Below are positions 25,651 through 39,400 of a stretch of DNA of 64,000 bases, piece after piece. Within the stretch, counting starts at the first letter, position 1; each line of letters begins with the position of its first letter. The DNA comes from Mizuhopecten yessoensis (Eukaryota). The position numbers were made by a program, and so were the translations under genes. The notes beneath the pieces are model-generated. The model ran no database searches and was not told where the DNA came from. It worked only from the letters and a program-made list of their open reading frames with translations. Where the stretch lies: positions 126,899-190,898 of the forward strand of contig NW_018406412.1 in the NCBI RefSeq assembly GCF_002113885.1, given 5' to 3'.

Positions 25651-27384
25651 TGTACATGCTGAGGCATAAACCGTTTCGTAGATTAATACAACGTGCACAC
25701 ATTTTTTAATATACTGTATAAGCCGAAATATTACTAATATTGAATTAGAAATACATGGTTCCCGGTTATTTCCTTAGTATGCAATACATTTAGTTGTATT
25801 GTACATTCCTATATGATGACAGGCTGAATTTTTAGCGCGCGGTCGGTCTGGAGTGGGGGTATTAATGAGGAAAGAAACCAGAGTACCAGAGAAACCCCAC
25901 GTGGCCGGGCAGGTTGCAATTGACAATGACAATGGCTATTGTTTTATTCTCATAAGCAATAGTGTTTAGAGATGAAATATACAAATGGGTGACAATAAAA
26001 TGTATACGATTGGTCCTGGTCACCTGCTCATTAAAATAAAGTAAAGGTATTATTGGAAAAAAAGTAAACAAAACTGATCATAAAACCCCCCCAAAAAACC
26101 CAAAAAATAAATAAATAATAAAAATACAACAACATGGACGTCCAGAATTTAAAAGCTTACAAAGACTAGAGTAAAGTAAATGGTTGTTTACGTGAATTGT
26201 TAGCGTGGTACGAGACAGAACGGAATGTACAATATACAAATGTAAGCCTATTGAGGACTCGGAGAGACACCGACACGGGATGTCAATTACACAAATTCCA
26301 GACGATATGTGTAGCACAACCACAGGGTGTGTGAACAACCCTATCGTACATGTTGTTGGGACTTAAATATACTAGTTCATTGAATGGGTGGAAATAGCTG
26401 CGCTGGGGATGGATGTTAAACAAAGTGAGCTTCGAAAGGAGTGTGTATAAGGTTTAACTACACCGGAAAACTCGATATTGTGAATAATATCTCCATTTAC
26501 ATCGAGATCATGTATCTATGGTATATATCTGTGTCTACAAAATGAAGATATCAAATACAAAGGTAAGATATATACATCTGATGTTTCTAATCAGTATAAT
26601 CTCCTTTAAGGTAAAGAGTTATATTATACAGTATATATTATTACCAGTGACACTTTTGTGAGAAATGTTCGTTTAAGTTCTTTTTAAAAAGAAGTATTCC
26701 ATAAAAATCACATGTCTTCCTATGCATTTTAATGAATTTTACATATGCAGTTGTTTGAAATTTGAATATTTGAAAAAAATATGCTTCATGGGTCGAATGC
26801 AGGGCGTTAATATTGCAAATCATACACTTTACAAATGTTGCCATTCAAAAATTATCAATGAACAGTACCGAAATAAGAATCCAATGTATGGCCTCATGCA
26901 AGCCCATGCTGAAAAAGAGTTAACATTGAAATGTACAAGCGTTCACAGGAAACAGTACAATCAGCCAGAAAATGACTCCTTTAGGTAACTTCATCTTCTA
27001 TGTAGAAGGGAGGATACTCCATGTCAAAAACCAGTGAAGTAATCTGATTTGATTCGACTCACCTAAATCAAGTGTGCTAAACTCATAATTTACAATCTAA
27101 TAATTAGCTAACACGAGTTAATTACATGTACGTCAAAAAGATGGTCAAGGATGGGAACGCCTTTTCCCACTACTATTCATGCTTTTAGTGGACAAGAAAA
27201 TCGTTTTTCGTGGAAACTCACATTTCATGTTTTCTGATAACCGTGACACTGATGATGATGAACTATAGAGGTGTAAATCGTCATGTCTTACGTGACGTCA
27301 TAATTTGAGAACTGATTAATGCAAGATGAACGTAGGACACACACGTGATTTTGTTATAGATACACAGTATCTGAAATATTACAC

Positions 27385-27430
27385 TACATCATACAGATGT
27401 TTCGTCCTTCAATGACTCATCGGGGAAGCT
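27385..27430 (-). ncRNA. Degenerate type I hammerhead ribozyme-like motif
   Basis: Minus strand reads CCGAUGA-GUC-AUUGAAG-GAC-GAA-ACAUC-UGUAU-GAUGU-A. This is the CUGANGA/GAAA core with U4->C, a 3-bp stem II, a 5-bp stem III and a GUA triplet. Stem I is not formed. Confidence 0.5.
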
Positions 27431-29028
27431 AGGGACTAAAAGGTGGTACTACAGAGGTCTTAGCTACGTCTGAAACAGAGATGTGTAAATAATAAAAAAA
27501 AAAGAAAAAAAAGAAAAAAAACGAGAACTACAAACCCAGACTGCTGCATAGATATCCTAATACTGCACCTTACATTTACGGAAAGTGACGACGGTTACCG
27601 ATTGAATGTAGGAGTAACATGAATGATCCCTTTATGTAAATTTAAGTGGTAATGGGGGGATCGAGGAAGCATCTACACTGTAACAGTTATGGGACCTGAG
27701 TGAAGAAAGCTGTAACAGATACGGTAGTAATGAGGAACCCTGTAGTAGGCATGGCAACAGCGAACAAACCTATAATATTTATGGGAGGATTGAGAAAACC
27801 TGATGAAACCTTTGGATACGAAAGAAATTAAGAATGGCCTTAAATTTTAAGTGAATTTATACAATAAGTCCTAGTTGTACAACAGTAAATTACACCAATT
27901 CTGAAAACGACAAGAAAGTAAGGCGATTGATGTATCTAAATCTCGTGGGTGTTCATTTCACTCATGAAACTTACATGTACCTGTCAATGTCGGTAAACAT
28001 TAGCGCGATACCTGCCCATCGGACCGTGCTGATTATACCACAGATATATATACTACAGTGATGACTAGACAGTAATCCGGGTGTGGCAAGCATGGTTAGC
28101 ATACTTACTCAGTATAATAATCGAACCCTTACATGGACACGGACTCAATATAATACATTTATTATGAGATAATTTTCAGACGGACAATGACTCAAAACAT
28201 TTTTCAAATTTCCACACCTTCTTCTACACAAAGAAGTCGCATGGTTCTCATACAGCTTACAACTTAATCGGATAAGGGTTTTGAAATGCACATCAAAATG
28301 AATGATGCAGATATCAACAGGGTTTAACTTGTTACTTGTGCAGTAACTTAAAACTAGTTCAACTCAGAAACGATGATGCATATGCTGACTTTAAGTCACG
28401 CAATGTACTGTATACATCATTTAAAAAAGCAGTGATACGCATTGCGTTCAATTTAATGATATTTGATTTTACAAAACATGTGATTAAATTATACCTAGCT
28501 ATGCAGTAGTTTGGCAATGGACTATATAAAAGAGTTATCGCCCTTGATGTTAGATGTTTGTTCCGGTGTGACCTCATTGACTTTGAGGGTCTTCTTTGCG
28601 TTTTTCTCTGTTCAACATGTTTACGCAATCATTTGACGTTGATTTCGACCCCAACGACAAATGGACAAGCTCAATGTTCAGCAATTAAAAATGAATATGA
28701 CTATTAGTAAAACGGAAGAAATGATAACATTCGTAACAAGGCATTATTGTATATTTTTCAAACCGAGGAAATGTAAACCAAATCGAAGGTACAATGCAGA
28801 CTCCGTTTGCTACATTGTACTCCCCCGATGAGAGGGTACAAGATACAAGAAACTTTATTTAACGTCGCATACATGCAGGTAAACAAGGACATTAGCTTTT
28901 GAGTGCTATTATTGCGACAAACAGGGTCATTTGGTCTCGTTACTAGAACAATGACCCTTGTTACAGACGTTCATTGTAAGTGTAGCCAACGACCGATACA
29001 AATATAACAAATATCCCAACAGAGGACA

Positions 29029-30880
29029 CTTACTTCGAAGTAAGTGTAGGCCACGACCGCCACAGAGCATGTTTACTTCAGTAGTAAGTGTAGATTACGA
29101 CCGCTACAGAGCACGCTTACTTCAGTAGTAAGTGTAGGCCACGACCGCCAGAGAGCATGTTTACTTCAGTAGTAAGTGTAGGCCACGACCGCCACAGAGC
29201 ATGCTTACTTCAGTAGTAAGTGTAGGCCACGACCGCCACAGAGCATGTTTACTTCAGTGGTAAGTGTAGGCCACGACCGCCACAGAGCATGTTTACTTCA
29301 GTAGTAAGTGTAGGCCACGACCGCCACAGAGCATGTTTACTTCAGTAGTAAGTGTAGGCCACGACCGCCACAGAGCATGTTTACTTCAGTAGTAAGTGTA
29401 GGCCACGACCGCCACAGAGCATGTTTACTTCAGTAGTAAGTGTAGGCCACGACCGCCACAGAGCATGTTTACTTCAGTAGTAAGTGTAGGCCACGACCGC
29501 CACAGAGCATGTTTACTTCAGTAGTAAGTGTAGGCCACGACCGCCACAGAGCATGTTTACTTCAGTAGTAAGTGTAGGCCACGACCGCCACAGAGCATGT
29601 TTACTTCAGTAGTAAGTGTAGGCCACGACCGCCACAGAGCATGTTTACTTCAGTAGTAAGTGTAGGCCACGACCGCCACAGAGCATGTTTACTTCAGTAG
29701 TAAGTGTAGGCCACGACCGCCACAGAGCATGTTTACTTCAGTAGTAAGTGTAGGCCACGACCGCCACAGAGCATGTTTACTTCAGTAGTAAGTGTAGGCC
29801 ACGACCGCCACAGAGCATGTTTACTTCAGTAGTAAGTGTAGGCCACGACCGCCACAGAGCATGTTTACTTCAGTAGTAAGTGTAGGCCACGACCGCCACA
29901 GAGCATGTTTACTTCAGTAGTAAGTGTAGGCCACGACCGCCACAGAGCATGTTTACTTCAGTAGTAAGTGTAGGCCACGACCGCCACAGAGCATGTTTAC
30001 TTCAGTAGTAAGTGTAGGCCACGACCGCCACAGAGCATGTTTACTTCAGTAGTAAGTGTAGGCCACGACCGCCACAGAGCATGTTTACTTCAGTAGTAAG
30101 TGTAGGCCACGACCGCCACAGAGCATGTTTACTTCAGTAGTAAGTGTAGGCCACGACCGCCACAGAGCATGTTTACTTCAGTAGTAAGTGTAGGCCACGA
30201 CCGCCACAGAGCATGTTTACTTCAGTAGTAAGTGTAGGCCACGACCGCCACAGAGCATGTTTACTTCAGTAGTAAGTGTAGGCCACGACCGCCACAGAGC
30301 ATGTTTACTTCAGTAGTAAGTGTAGGCCACGACCGCCACAGAGCATGTTTACTTCAGTAGTAAGTGTAGGCCACGACCGCCACAGAGCATGTTTACTTCA
30401 GTAGTAAGTGTAGGCCACGACCGCCACAGAGCATGTTTACTTCAGTAGTAAGTGTAGGCCACGACCGCCACAGAGCATGTTTACTTCAGTAGTAAGTGTA
30501 GGCCACGACCGCCACAGAGCATGTTTACTTCAGTAGTAAGTGTAGGCCACGACCGCCACAGAGCATGTTTACTTCAGTAGTAAGTGTAGGCCACGACCGC
30601 CACAGAGCATGTTTACTTCAGTAGTAAGTGTAGGCCACGACCGCCACAGAACATGTTTACTTCAGTAGTAAGTGTAGGCCACGACCGCCACAGAGCACGC
30701 TTACTTCAGTAGTAAGTGTAGGCCACGACCGCTACAGAGCACGCTTACTTCAGTAGTTAGTGTAGGCCACGACCGCCACAGAGCATGTTTACTTCAGAGG
30801 TAAGTGTAGGCCACGACCGCCACAGAGCATGTTTACTTCAGTAGTAAGTGCAGGCCACGACCGCTACAGAGCATGCTTAC
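29029..30880. repeat. 44-bp minisatellite (TTACTTCAGTAGTAAGTGTAGGCCACGACCGCCACAGAGCATGT), ~42 copies, central block essentially identical
   Basis: Direct periodicity, 29161 to 29205 and onward. Variants occur only near the array edges. Confidence 0.97.
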
Positions 30881-32774
30881 AGTAAGCTGCATATCCGTCA
30901 GCTGATGCAACAGAGGAGGCCTACCTCAGAAATAACGTCGGGCCACTGCTGATACGGTACAAAGAAGACGCTGTTTGCAGGATTAGGCTACAACTTCTAA
31001 AGATTACGCTTATTTCAGAACTTTATTGTATCGTAGATATTTAGACCACGACCGCTAAAGATAAAGTTCATGGGGCGTTATCGACTCTAGAAGCTACCCA
31101 CGGTTGCTGTTCCATCTTGATTTCATTGTACAGTGTAGGTGTCGATTTCAATAAACACATAATTACACAGTTGTAGATAACATTGTGAAATTGACACCAA
31201 CTACACAGAATGACCTGCTAGCCAGCAGGCGTTCCAAGTCAAATATGTTAACAGAAATGTAACAAAAAATCACAACTATTTTAAAATTTAATTAAATGTA
31301 CGTTTAACTTTGTAAATGGAGTTTGAATGATTACATGGAGACAGGAAATAAAACAAACAAATAAAATGAAAGGAGATTGGAAGTACTTTTACGATCTGTT
31401 AACCTAACAATGCTCTCAAGACCACAATTGATGAAAGTATGGTTTTGTAAAAATTATCTGAAAATGGATTATTTTGAATACTTTGACACCTATATTTAGG
31501 TTTCAGTTATAATGATGATAACAATATCAATGATTTGAAATTCATTTTTACTTTAGTTTTCAGTCTTAAAAGCTTAATCGGTACGACAGGGCGTAAATAT
31601 AAACAATCACCAATATGAGTCGATTATGTGAAGAGATATGCATCAAATGTGATAGTTTCTGAATTTGTGACATTTGAAAAAAAATAAAACAAAAATGCTC
31701 ACAATGCTTGACACTTTATAGAAAATATCAAAAGTGAAAGTACTTTCAATTTACAAAATGATCGAGATCTCTGTCCCTCGAGGCAAACTGTGTGCATTGA
31801 AGCTAAATAGCTTGTATACCGTGAAATCTTATGGCGTAGAGCTTGTGCGCTACAATACCTGTGAGTTGTAAGGTTTAGTCTTTAGTCGTTCACAGTATTA
31901 CTCAGAAATAATCCCACGGTTATGCAGAGGCGTTTGGTATCCGGGATTTTAACAAATACGTGTTTTGAGGTGGTTTAGTGTTCGTGATCTTTCATTCATT
32001 CACCAGTAAGTCTGGTTGTGTCTCGATAGATTAGCACAGTTTATTACAAGTGACGGTAGATTTAATCTTTAGTATTTTGTCAAAACATTTTGACCTGTTG
32101 TGTTTAATAAGAGTCGTGCTAAGCTGAGAAACAGACGGAATTTTTTACTTCTTGTTGAGAAATGTGTTTGCAATATTTCAGCGCAGTGTGATAGCAAAAA
32201 ACATGGATTGTACAAGAATTTGTATCGGGACCCCACCTTTTTAGCATATCAAAAGAGTTTCAGATCTGTAATAAAGACAGCAGGGGAAGCTACAAGGACC
32301 TGCTTTGGGACCGTCTCTATTTATGGTATCAAATTAGGATAAAATAGTACACGGTGCCTACAAGGATGCGTATTTGGACTTTCTCTATTCATGGTATTAA
32401 ATAAGGACATGGTGTCTTCAAGGAATCGTGTTTGGACCTTCTCTATTCATGGTATTAAATACGAACACTGTGTCTGCAAGGAAGGGTGATTGGACCTTCT
32501 CTGTTTGTCTAGTTTCCTTATGTTGATAATTTTAGCACTATATATTTCAGTCATCAGACTTTTAATGAGAAATCAGAGATTTAAACAGAAGTGAAATATA
32601 GTGATGTTTTCTAATGTGGAATGTCGTGCAGCTCTGTGATATATATAGTCTAAACACGGGAGAAATCATCATTTAAAATATCGACGGGTGATTTAATGGA
32701 AACCATTTACAGTAAGTGTTCCTTTGGATGAATTTGACTTGTGTTGCAAATATTAAGATTACTATATTTGTTTT

Positions 32775-33600
32775 CCTGGTATTGTATTAACACAGTGTTA
32801 GGTTAACCATACTTTGTCTGACTATGTTATGGTATTGTATTAACACAGTGTAAAGATAACATAGTTTGTCTGACTGTGTACTGGTATTGTATTAACACAG
32901 TGTTAAGTTAACCATACTTTGTCTGACTGTGTCGTGTTATCGTGTCAACAGACTTGTGTTGCAAATATTAAGATTTCTATGTTTGTTTTCCTATAAGTTT
33001 GGGGCGGGGTTGGCGAGAGAAGGGTCGGGATGGGAATGGGGGTTGAGAACGTAAATAAAAAGAGGAAGAAAAGGAAATCTTGTTTAACATCTCGAATTCG
33101 AGTTACTAGAACAAACTTAATTATCTCGAAGTGGTTTATCATTTCCGTGTGTGGTTCTTATTCGTGTAAATAATTCGGTCAATTTGATAATATTTAACCA
33201 AAGTAATGTTTTTTTTCGAATTGAATGTTGCTGCCGAAAGAACATGAAAATACATTCATTTTAGTTGAACTCGAAAAGAAGACGTTGTTGACTCAGACAT
33301 CGCAATCAATGAATGTTATTGTATAAGTACAACGTTTTATAATAATTTATTTTAAGATTTCGTATATATTAAACTCCACATATAATATATATGTCCTGGT
33401 ACATGTATTGTGTTAACACAGTGTTAAGTAAACCATAGTTTGTCTGACTTTGCCTGGTATTGTATTAACACAGTGTAAAGATAACCATACGTTGTATGTC
33501 TGTGTTATGGCATTGTATTAACACAGTGTTAAGTTAACCATACTTTGCCTGACTGTGTCATGTTATCGTGTAAACACGTGTTAAGATAACCAAACTTTAT
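32775..33600. repeat. Two clusters of a ~52-bp repeat (GGTATTGTATTAACACAGTGTTAAGTTAACCATACTTTGTCTGACT)
   Basis: Three units at 32778-32935 and about four at 33400-33600. Confidence 0.8.
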
Positions 33601-34139
33601 TAAACGGTATCCTGTCGTTGTGTTTTATGTAACACAATGCGTATGGCGGGTCCGCGGAAGGAAGAAAGCTTTCCCTTGATGAGATTTCAGCGCAAGTGCA
33701 CTTTGCTCAAATTCAGCACGCGTGGAAACTGTCAAAATAATTATACACTTGCAAATACATCACTTCGTTTAATCGTTGATTTCTAGCATTTGGTTATTTT
33801 CGACACAATTCATTAAGAATCGTTTAAAGACAATCTAAATCAGCGACACTTGCAGGACTAATTCGGATTATCCGTCATAACTTTTTAAACTGAACTTTTA
33901 AATTGAAAATATCTCAATAGCTGATTGTCACATTGAGGAGGTATGCAACTTTAATGCATCAATTATCGAAACATTTCTCAAATAAAATCTGTAATTATAA
34001 TCTTAATAATGGTTTATTTGATTTTTAATTTGGTGACATGGGTAAAGCATAAATAAAATATACATACAATTGCTATACATTGCATCTAACTACTTTATTT
34101 TGAAAGATATTCAATCAACATACAAGTTACAGGTAGATT

Positions 34140-34390
34140 ATGTATAATAAGGATACCGTTTAGCATGCATTACATCTCCAGCACACACGCATGCATACAC
34201 ACATAGGGAGATATTAGCCAGGTGGCATAGGACTAGTAGTTGACACCTGATTAGAATTCCTGCGACCTTCTCAAAATTGTATTGCTTAATGTATATACTG
34301 TATATCTATGCACTGTAAGCGCTTTAGAGTGGCTTATGTTAGTTAGATAGGGCGCAATAGCAAATGTTGTATATCATTATTGTTATTATA
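34140..34390 (+). mobile_element. 3' end of an L2/CR1-type retroelement
   Basis: GTAAGCGCTTTAGAG...GGGCGCAATAGCAAATG followed by a (TAT)n-like tail. Confidence 0.45.
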
Positions 34391-34405
34391 AGTGAAGTAT
34401 CTTGC

Positions 34406-34496
34406 TTAACTCATTCACCCCTTAAAACACATTTGAACTCTTCCAGTTAAAAAACTGGACGAGTTCATTATGAAATTTAAGGGGTGAACGAGTTAA
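34406..34496. mobile_element. Short TTAA-flanked MITE, copy 1
   Basis: TTAA CTCATTCACCCC ... GGGGTGAACGAG TTAA. Confidence 0.7.
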
Positions 34497-34530
34497 TAGA
34501 TATAAAACTACTACGTAGTGAGGTAGCACC

Positions 34531-34723
34531 TACAGTAAAACCTCGATATACTGCCAACATTTGTCAAAAGGGAATATGACGTTATAAAGGGGTTTGGCAA
34601 TACATTGACGGAAATATGAAAAGGAAATTTAAAAAAAAACACGAAAAAAAGAACCGTTGAAATATGTTGGCAGTAAACGAGGTGGCAAATGAAACGAGAG
34701 GCATTATATCGAGGTTTAATGTA
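34531..34723. mobile_element. MITE family B copy
   Basis: TA CAGTAAAACCTCGATATACTGCC ... GGCATTATATCGAGGTTTAATG TA. Confidence 0.75.
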
Positions 34724-34851
34724 TTTTAAAAAGCTTAGTTTGAAGATGTTTGTAGGCCAAACAAAGTTAACATTTTACTGAACCACGTGACCATTTTGTC
34801 CAGTTAGGACTCATCATTGGAACTAAAATTGAAAAGAATGAAAATCTAAGT

Positions 34852-34942
34852 TTAACTCATTCACCCCTACATATTTGAAATGGAGTTGCCCAGTCTTTGA
34901 TTTGGCAAGGTTCAAATGTGAATTTAGGGTTGAATGGGTTAA
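34852..34942. mobile_element. Short TTAA-flanked MITE, copy 2
   Basis: TTAA CTCATTCACCCC ... GGGTTGAATGGG TTAA. Confidence 0.7.
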
Positions 34943-36454
34943 AGCGTTCCTAAACTAACACAGAAAAACAGCGAAAGGTGAAGAGTGCCTATAAAACCTT
35001 ATTGTTACATTATTACAAATATTTAAAGGGTTTTCTATATTGAAGGGAAATAACCCTAGCACAAATTGCAGGAATTGTTTTTAATGTAGCATATGTCCTT
35101 AATTAAGAGAGATAACTCTGCCACATATTATAGTATGATATGAACGACATTCTAAGTAATAATCGTTTAGATGAAAATCTGCTATAAATAAAATAGATAA
35201 ATAAATCGGCGACAAATCAAAATATGAATTTAAGGTTTTCTCTATGTGCAAGGGAACCAACTCTAGCACAAATTGTAGGTTAAATGTTTAATGTAGCATA
35301 TGCCCTTAAGAGAGATAACTGAAATTCGGCTATAAATAAATAAATAAAATGAATAAACAAATGAATAAATAAAGTAAATCTACAAATTGGATGTTCGATG
35401 GAATAGAATTTCATAAACATTCCCAACTCAAAAAAAACCACCCAGAGGCTTCAGGTCGAAATGCTCGTTTAGTTACAGTCACCGCGTAATTATATATATA
35501 ATCGGATCGACGCATTCCTTACCTACAAATACCTGGTCATTGTTTAGTACACAAATACGACCAAAACTGGACTAAAAACACAGGCAGCATACACACACCC
35601 TTTCCTAATCTACCGACAAAAGTAAAACGTATTTACACTAAATCATCTATTCTTATGTTTATTTTAAACACGGCTAACGCTTACCTTCGCCTCTACACAG
35701 AGTCTAGAATATCCTTCAAACCCTTATATTGCGACATGAACAAATGGGGATTTAGGTAATAACAGAGCAAAGCCTTGCAATATGAACAATTGTATTTGAT
35801 TTTAAGTATTATTGTGTAGCGGAACTGGACTGGGTCGAGGTAGAACATCCGTCTAGCGTTCGGAGCGTTCAAAGTTCAAACCCCGGTCTGGCCTTTGCAT
35901 TTCTCTTTCTTCTGTTACAATTGCATCATTTAAATTCGCAAAAGAGAGTTCTATCCTTATGTTTTTGACCTGGAGTTTTCGCCCTTCATTTTAGATGATG
36001 AAGCAACCGAAAGAAGCTTTTTTTTCTGATTTAGAGAACTTCCCCTCTCAAGTTATGCCCTTTTTTCACTGGTCGTTCTCTAAGAAATTACTCTCCGAAT
36101 ACTAAGAAACTACACATGAGTGTTGGTGGAAATGTGAAGGTGTGCGTAACGTGTTTTATCTTCCGATTGGTCATCAAATAAGGCCGCCATGGCCTATGAT
36201 TGACTGTCACATACAAGGATTTACATTTTACGTCAAGGTGATGCCAACGGTCCCTATCTTTTTCTAGTCTTTCTCCATCTTTGTAAAAAATATATACAAG
36301 CATTTCATTTCCTTGTGGATTCTTTTCAATATATCATTTATGACAACAAGAACAATTTAGGGGACTGATGTAACGATTCTCGAAACAATTACAACTTGTT
36401 TTAGTAGAATGAAAAACTTAATGTTCATGCAAGTGTGTAGCAGTTATGGGCTGT

Positions 36455-39400
36455 TTAGACTACTGTGTGGCCCTTTATAAAATTGTTTCGTCGATGAGTT
36501 GTTAAGACTACCGTGTGGCCCTTTTTAAAATTGTTTCGTCGATGAGTTGTTAAGACTACCGTGTGGCCCTTTATAAAATTGTTTCGTCGATGAGTTGTTA
36601 AGACTACCGTGTGGCCCTGTATACAATTGTTGCATTGATAGGTTGTTAAGACTACCGTGTGGTCCGGTATAAAGTTGTTGTATTGATGAGTTGTTAAGAC
36701 TACCGTGTGGCCCTGTATTAAACTGTTGCGTTGATGGGTTGTTAAGACTATCGTATGGCCCTGTATTAAACTGTTGCGTTGTTGGGTTGTTATGACTACC
36801 GTGTGGTCCGGTATAAAGTTGTTGTATTGATGAGTTGTTAAGACTACCATGTGGTCTATATACAATTGTTGTATTGATGAGTTGTTAAGACTATCGTGTG
36901 GCCCTGTATTAAACAGTTGCGTTGATGGGTTGTTAAGACTCCATTGTGGCCCGGTATGGAATTGTTGCATTGATAGGTTGTTAACACTACCGTGTGGCCC
37001 TGTATAAAGTTGTTGCGTTGATGGGTTGTTAATACTACCGTGTGGCCATGTATGAAATTGTTGCATTGATTGTTTGTTAAGACTACCGTGTGGCCCGGTA
37101 TAAAGTTGTTGCGTTGATGGGTTGTTAATACTACCGTGTGACCATGTATGAAATTGTTGCATTGATTGGTTTTTAAGACTACCGTGTGGCCCTGTATAAA
37201 GTTGTTGCGTTGATGGGTTGTTAATACTCCCGTGTGGCCATGTATGGAATTGTTGCATTGATTGGTTGTTAAGACTACCGTGTGGCCCGGTATAAAGTTG
37301 TTGCGTGGATGGGTTGTTAATACTACCGTGTGGCCCTGTATGGAATTGTTGCATTGATTGGTTGTTAATACTACCGTGTGGCCTGGTATAAAATTATTTT
37401 GTTGATGGGTTGTTAACACTACCGGGTGGCCCGGTATGTAATTGTTTTGTTTATGGGTTGTTAATACTACCGTGTGGCCATGCATGGAATTGTTGCATTG
37501 ATTGGTTGTTAAGACTACCGTGTGGCCTGGTATAAAATTATTTTGTTGATGGGTTGTTAACACTACCGTGTGGCCCGGTATGTAATTGTTTTGTTGATGG
37601 GTTGTTAACACTACCGTGTGGCCCTGTATAAAGTTGTTGCGTTTATGGGTTGTTAATACTACCGTGTGGCCCGGTATCAAGTTGTTGCATTGTTTGGTTG
37701 TTTAGACTACCGTATGGCCCGGTATAAAATTGTTTTGTTGATGGGTCTTTAACGCTACCGTGTGGCCTTGTATAAAGTTGTTGTGTTGATTGGTTGTTAA
37801 TACTACCGTGTGACCCTGTATGGAATTATTGCATTGATGGGTTGTTAACACAACCATGTGGCCCTGTATAAAAGTGTTGCTTTGATGGGTTGCTAAGACA
37901 ACCGTGTGGCCCGGTATGAAATTGTTGCGTTGATGGGTCGTTAACACTACCGTGTGACCCTGTATAAAGTTGTTGCGTTGATGGGTTGTTAACACTACCG
38001 TGTGGCCTTGTATGAAATTGTTGTATTGATGAGTTGTTAAGACTACCGTGTGGCCCGGTATAAATTTGATATATTAATGGGCTGGTAAAACTACCGTGTA
38101 GCCCTGTATATGACTAGTTGTGTTGATGGGTTGTTAAGACTTCCTTGTGGCCCTGTATAAAATTGTTGTATTGATGAGTTGTAAAGACTACCGTGTGGCC
38201 CGGTATAAAATTGTTGCGTTGATGGGTTGTTAATACTACCGTGTCGCCATGTATGAAATTATAGCATTGATTGGTTGATAAGACTACCATGTGGCCCTGT
38301 ATAAAGTTGTTGCATTGATGGGTCTTTAACATTACCGTGTGACCCGGTATAAAATTGTTGCATTGATTGGTTGTTAAGACTACCGTGTGGCCCTGTATGG
38401 AATTGTTTCGTTGATGGGTTGTTAAGACTACCGTATGGCCCTGTATAAAGTTGTTGCGTTGATGGGTTGTTAAGACAACCGGTTGGCCCTGTATGGAATT
38501 GTTGCATTGATTGGTTTTTAAGACAACCGGTTGGCAATGTATGGAGTTATTGCATTGATGGGTTTTTAAGACTGCCATGTGGCCCGGTATGAAATTGTTG
38601 CATTGATTGGTTGATAAGACTACCGTATGGCCCGGTATAAAATTGTTTTGTTGATGGGTCGTTAACACTACCGTGTGGCCCGGTATGAAAGTGTTGCATT
38701 GATTGGTTGTTAAGACTACCGTATGGCCCGGTATAAAATTGTTTTGTTGATGGGTTGTTAATACTATCGTGTGGCCATGTATGAAATTGTTGCATTGATT
38801 AGTTGTTAAGAGTTCCTTGTGGCTTGGTATGGAATTATTGCATTGATGGGTTGTTAATACTACCGTGTGGCCCTGTATAAAGTTGTTGCGTTGATGGGTT
38901 GTTAACACTACCGTGTGGCCCGGTATGAAAGTGTTGCATTGATTGGATGTTAAGACTACCGTATGGCCCGGGATAAAATTGTTTTGTTGATGGGTCTTTA
39001 ACGCTACCGTGTGGCCTTGTATAAAGTTGTTGTGTTGATTGGTTGTTAATACTACTGTGTGGCTCTGTATAAAGTTGTTGCGTTGATGGGTTGTTAATAC
39101 TACCGTGTGGCCATGTATAAAATTGTTGCATTGATTGGTTGATAAGTCTACCGTGTGGCCCGGTCTCAAGTTGTTGCATTGATTGGTTGTTTAGACTACC
39201 GTATGGCCCAGTATAAAATTGTTTTGTTGATGGGTCTTTAACATTACCGTGTGACCCGGTATGAAATTGTTGCATTGATTGATTGTTAAGGCTACCGTGT
39301 GGCCCTGTATGGAATTGTTTCGTTGATTGGTTGATAAGACTACCGTGTGGCCCGGTATCGAGTTGTTGCATTGATTGGTTGATATGACTAACGTATGGCC

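Noticed and set aside
27798-27823. Second hammerhead (CTGATGA...CGAAA, + strand)
   Set aside because: No convincing stem II, stem III or NUH site.
29029-30880. CRISPR array
   Set aside because: Head-to-tail identical units with no unique spacers, eukaryotic context, and no cas genes.
1501-36303. Remaining 60-100 aa intergenic ORFs
   Set aside because: Length and composition are as expected by chance in AT-rich DNA or TE fragments. No transposase, RT or other domain recognised.
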